This document shows, one piece after another, positions 61,259-64,000 of a DNA stretch of 64,000 nt. Numbering within the stretch: position 1 is the first letter of the stretch; the number at the start of each line of letters is the position of its first letter. The position numbers and the translations under genes were made by a program. The stretch is from the NCBI GenBank assembly GCA_020891255.1, contig BQFW01000001.1:2790001-2854000 (forward strand). Reading direction: 5' to 3'. The DNA comes from Entomortierella parvispora E1425 (taxonomy: Eukaryota > Fungi > Mortierellomycota). The notes below the pieces were generated by a model. The model was not told the origin of the DNA and searched no databases. It worked only from the letters and a program-made list of their open reading frames with translations.

Positions 61259-61867
61259 TGTCGTGAATCAGACTGCTTTTATCCCCGCCAGCTCCGCGTC
61301 TGATCACATGACTTACGATCACCTGACCGCCGACACGCCTGATGAATGGACCCTTGTTGCGCGCCCTCATTGCACTTGTGCCGCGCGTCATCGTCGTTGA
61401 CTATCACCAGGTCGACTACCCTCAACCGTGTATACTCACGAACGGAGCATTTCATGTTTCTCCGACATTAACCTACCAACCGTTGCCAATCAAAAGCTTG
61501 TCTCCACGCCGGTCGACCAAGCTCTTTGAAACCTCGGACGTTAGGGCCCCTATTCCAGAATAGTCATAAGCCCTTCACTATTTATTTCCATAGTGTCAGC
61601 AGTATAGTCTCACTTCACTACCTTCAGTATATAAGTAGCTCTGTATCGAGACTTAGAACGGCATCCTTTCTTTGCCCTTCCATCTCGATTACAGGTAACC
61701 CTCTTGAGAACCCTATCAGTAGTAACACACAGAATATCTTATTAAACATATCCTTTCTTTTGCCCTTCCATCTCGATTACAGTCAAGGTAGCTGACTGTG
61801 GTGCCCAGTGTAGAAGAACACGCTCGACACACCCTAAGGATCAGTCGTGATACCGAGAGTCACGACA
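61259..61867 (+). repeat. 5' LTR (609 bp)
   Basis: TGTCGTGA...TCACGACA termini; near-identical to 7177-7784; putative TATA box TATATAA at 61628-61634; internal 32/33-bp direct repeat at 61663-61694 and 61750-61782. Confidence 0.95.
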
Positions 61868-61871
61868 AATT

Positions 61872-61888
61872 TGGTAGCAAAGGACAGT
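61872..61888 (+). promoter_or_regulatory. Primer-binding site, probably for initiator tRNA-Met
   Basis: TGGTAGCAAAGGACAGT lies 4 nt after the LTR. Its complement ACTGTCCTTTGCTACCA resembles the 3' end of eukaryotic tRNAiMet (…CCTCTGCTACCA in vertebrates) and does not match any of the three tRNAs in this window. Confidence 0.75.
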
Positions 61889-62016
61889 AGCAGTCCTACC
61901 GCCACGCCCATCCAAAGGACAGTAGCAGTCCTACCGCCACGCCCATCCAAAGGACAGTAGTAGTCCTACCGCCACGCCCATTCAAAGGACAGTAGTAGTC
62001 CTACCGCCACGCCATT
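61878..62016 (+). repeat. Four tandem 35-bp units in the retroelement leader, the first overlapping the PBS
   Basis: CAAAGGACAGTAG(C/T)AGTCCTACCGCCACGCCCAT(C/T) at 61878, 61913, 61948 and 61983 (the last unit is 34 bp). Confidence 0.93.
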
Positions 62017-62052
62017 CAAGACGACCACCTTCCCTACCCACTTCCTTACATC

Positions 62053-62976
62053 ATGAATCAACATCAACACAACTTCGACGACGATATTGACGATGAACCC
62101 AACACGTCAAGCTATCACGCCGCCTCCACCTTCACCGTTCCCGAACCTGTAATCCACAATGATCGTCCCTAAAAGAACCTTTTGCCCTCGGATCATGAAA
62201 CTTTCAATGGCACCTGCTCCCACCACGAGGCCCGAGCATGGTTGCTACAGACAGAGTTGATTGCAGACATCAGTGAGATTCCTAGACCGAAATGGCCCAG
62301 AGCCGCGATTGCCAAGCTTCGAGGTGACGCAAGAGTCTGGGGCCTGAATTACAACTCACTCCACACCAATGCCACGTGGGACACTTTCTCAGCCGCCTTT
62401 TTAAGTCAGTTCAGCTCAGAAGACTTGGAAGAGACCCTTCGCAACGAACTCGATAGTGTTGTCTGGGAAAAGACAGACACCCCCAACACCTTCTTCCACC
62501 GTTTTCAGTTTGCTTTGATGCCTCTTGGTACCAATGTATCTGAAGGAGAAAAAGTACACGTCTTCAAGACCCGAAGTCCACAATTTTTGCGAAAATTTCT
62601 GATCGAACACCAAGTCAAAACCTGGCAACAAGTCCGCCAACACTGTGAAATCCGAACAGAGATGAGCACAAGCCTTGGTATCATTTCCCAATCCGCGCAG
62701 AACCGAATCAACCAAGCCAGACAAACGCCGCCGTCTCGCCCTTTTGTTGCTCCATCACGCTTTGGTTCCCCAAGACTTTTCCAACACCACGCTGCTGCAA
62801 CAGCCCCGCCCCCTCGTCCCTCTCACATTACTGGAAACCCCACTACTGGTTTTTCAACTGGAAAACGCGTTAGTTTCTCTGGTCATCCGTTTTCACGCCC
62901 TCCAGATCGACGAGACAGCACCCAAAACCAAAAATCAAAGTCAAGGTCGTCGATCTTCGATGGATATGGACGTTGA
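62053..62976 (+). pseudogene. Retrotransposon gag (capsid-like), interrupted by an in-frame TAA at 62170-62172
   Basis: ATG 62053 (MNQHQHNFDDD…) is in frame with ORF 62182-62976 (AIAKLRGDARVW…TWDTFSAAFLSQF). The zinc knuckles lie in the +1 frame. Confidence 0.8.
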
Positions 62977-64000
62977 TGTGTTCAACATCGAGTGCCACAA
63001 TTGCGGAGACAATCACAAGGCCGCAGAATGCCCCAAGCCGCAAACTTGTTATAACTGTGGACAGCGAGGACACTACAAACGCGACTGCCCTCAAGGAGGA
63101 CAAAACCAAGGACGACCACAACGAAGGAATCGCCCAAACGTGAACATCAACATGACCCATATCGATCCACAAGATTTCAAGCCCGAAACTTGCCCATTGA
63201 TGGTCGTACCCCTCTACGTCGACGGTTGGCAATTCGACGCCCTTTTTGATAACGGCGCCAACGTCAACGTTATTTCTTCTCGTGCCCTCGAAGTTATCCG
63301 TGAAGAATCCCCGGAATCCATCCTCGATGAAAAACGAATCTATGAGCCGACCCCTGTACGAACAGCCCATGCAGGGAGACCTAGGTGCTAAGGCACTAGG
63401 CGAAGTCATCCTTCGAGTTGTTATTGGAGAACACACCTGCCGTTTCACAGCCACGGTTGTTCCCGACCTAGCTCACGATGTTTTCATTGGACTTCCATGG
63501 ATGTTCCGCTACAAACCTCAAATCAATTGGGATCGCTACTCATTGACTTGGCAAGTCAATGGCCGAAAACACGAAGCCATCGCCAGATCTCAGCCCGCCA
63601 GTACCCTTCTGCAGAACGAACAGGTACCTGAACTTGCATATGTGCAGACGAACGCACAGCGGTTCTTACACACCATGGCCGCCGATGATACACAAGAAGC
63701 AGGAATCGTTTGGTTAATGAAAACCCACGTTCCAGAACACACCCGAGCAGAAGAGCTCATGACCAACCCGGACCTGACAGTAGAACAGCAAGCTCAAATC
63801 GATGAGATAGTGAAGGAGTACCAGCAGGATGTATTCGCTCCACTCTCAGAGATGCCACCAGCCCGTCCCGGTTTCGATCACCAAATCCCCACTGGAGTAA
63901 CAAGTCCTGTGGTCAAGAAGATATATAAGATGTCACCCCTCGAGCTCAAGACTCTCAAAGAACAGTTGGATGAGCTGTTACGGTTGGGGTACATCCAGCC
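62870..64000 (+). pseudogene. Nucleocapsid knuckles, protease and RT start of the retrotransposon, with a frameshift near 63375; left boundary approximate
   Basis: MDMDVD-CHNCGDNHKAAEC-CYNCGQRGHYKRDC and LFDNGA are in one frame. After a +1 shift at GCAGGGAGAC, the frame GDLGAKALGEVILRV…GYIQP stays open to the window end. Confidence 0.85.

Larger units (their letters stand above)
61259..64000 (+). mobile_element. Ty3/gypsy LTR retrotransposon, 5' portion (5' LTR, PBS, leader repeats, gag, protease, start of RT); runs off the window
   Basis: LTR followed by PBS TGGTAGC..., a retrotransposon-gag-like region, two CCHC knuckles, an aspartic protease fold (LFDNGA; HDVFIGLPW) and the RT N-terminus YKMSPLELKTLKEQLDELLRLGYIQP. 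Confidence 0.95.

Noticed and set aside
61342-61795. ORFs duplicated at 7194-7701 and 61342-61795 (MNGPLLRAL…, MKPRTLGPL…)
   Set aside because: They lie inside the LTRs. Identity reflects the LTR duplication, and one is broken by the indel.
61878-62016. Hairpin-containing 35-bp repeats resemble CRISPR repeats
   Set aside because: The units are contiguous with no unique spacers, there are no cas genes, and the context is a eukaryotic retroelement leader.
62870-63454. 194-aa antisense ORF over gag-pol, and many other antisense ORFs over real genes
   Set aside because: These are shadow frames of coding sequence with no independent features.

Overview
Intron-rich, gene-dense fungal DNA. The gene repertoire and intron style suggest an early-diverging, probably Mortierellaceae-like fungus (inference). 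About 17 spliced or intronless protein-coding genes are recognisable: DNAJC11, DAD1, a CHR chromate transporter, CEP104, a Fta4/Nkp1-like protein, PCF11, RPD3, a C2H2 transcription factor, a GST, a metallophosphoesterase, an alpha/beta hydrolase, DOA4/USP8, AIP1, NNF1, HMG-CoA lyase, a PQ-loop protein, ISA2 and a ZFC3H1/Red1-like protein. There are also three tRNA genes, two decayed DNA-binding-domain relics (Myb/SANT-like and GCM-like) and several repeats. The most striking signal is a Ty3/gypsy LTR retrotransposon family present twice (LTR 7177-7784 on -, and a 5' LTR plus gag-pol at 61259->64000 on +). Each copy sits exactly 20 bp from the mature 5' end of a different tRNA gene, in the same divergent orientation, which suggests position-specific integration at Pol III genes. 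Gene spans run from start to stop codon including introns; exon structures and LTR comparisons were made by eye, and no database searches were run.
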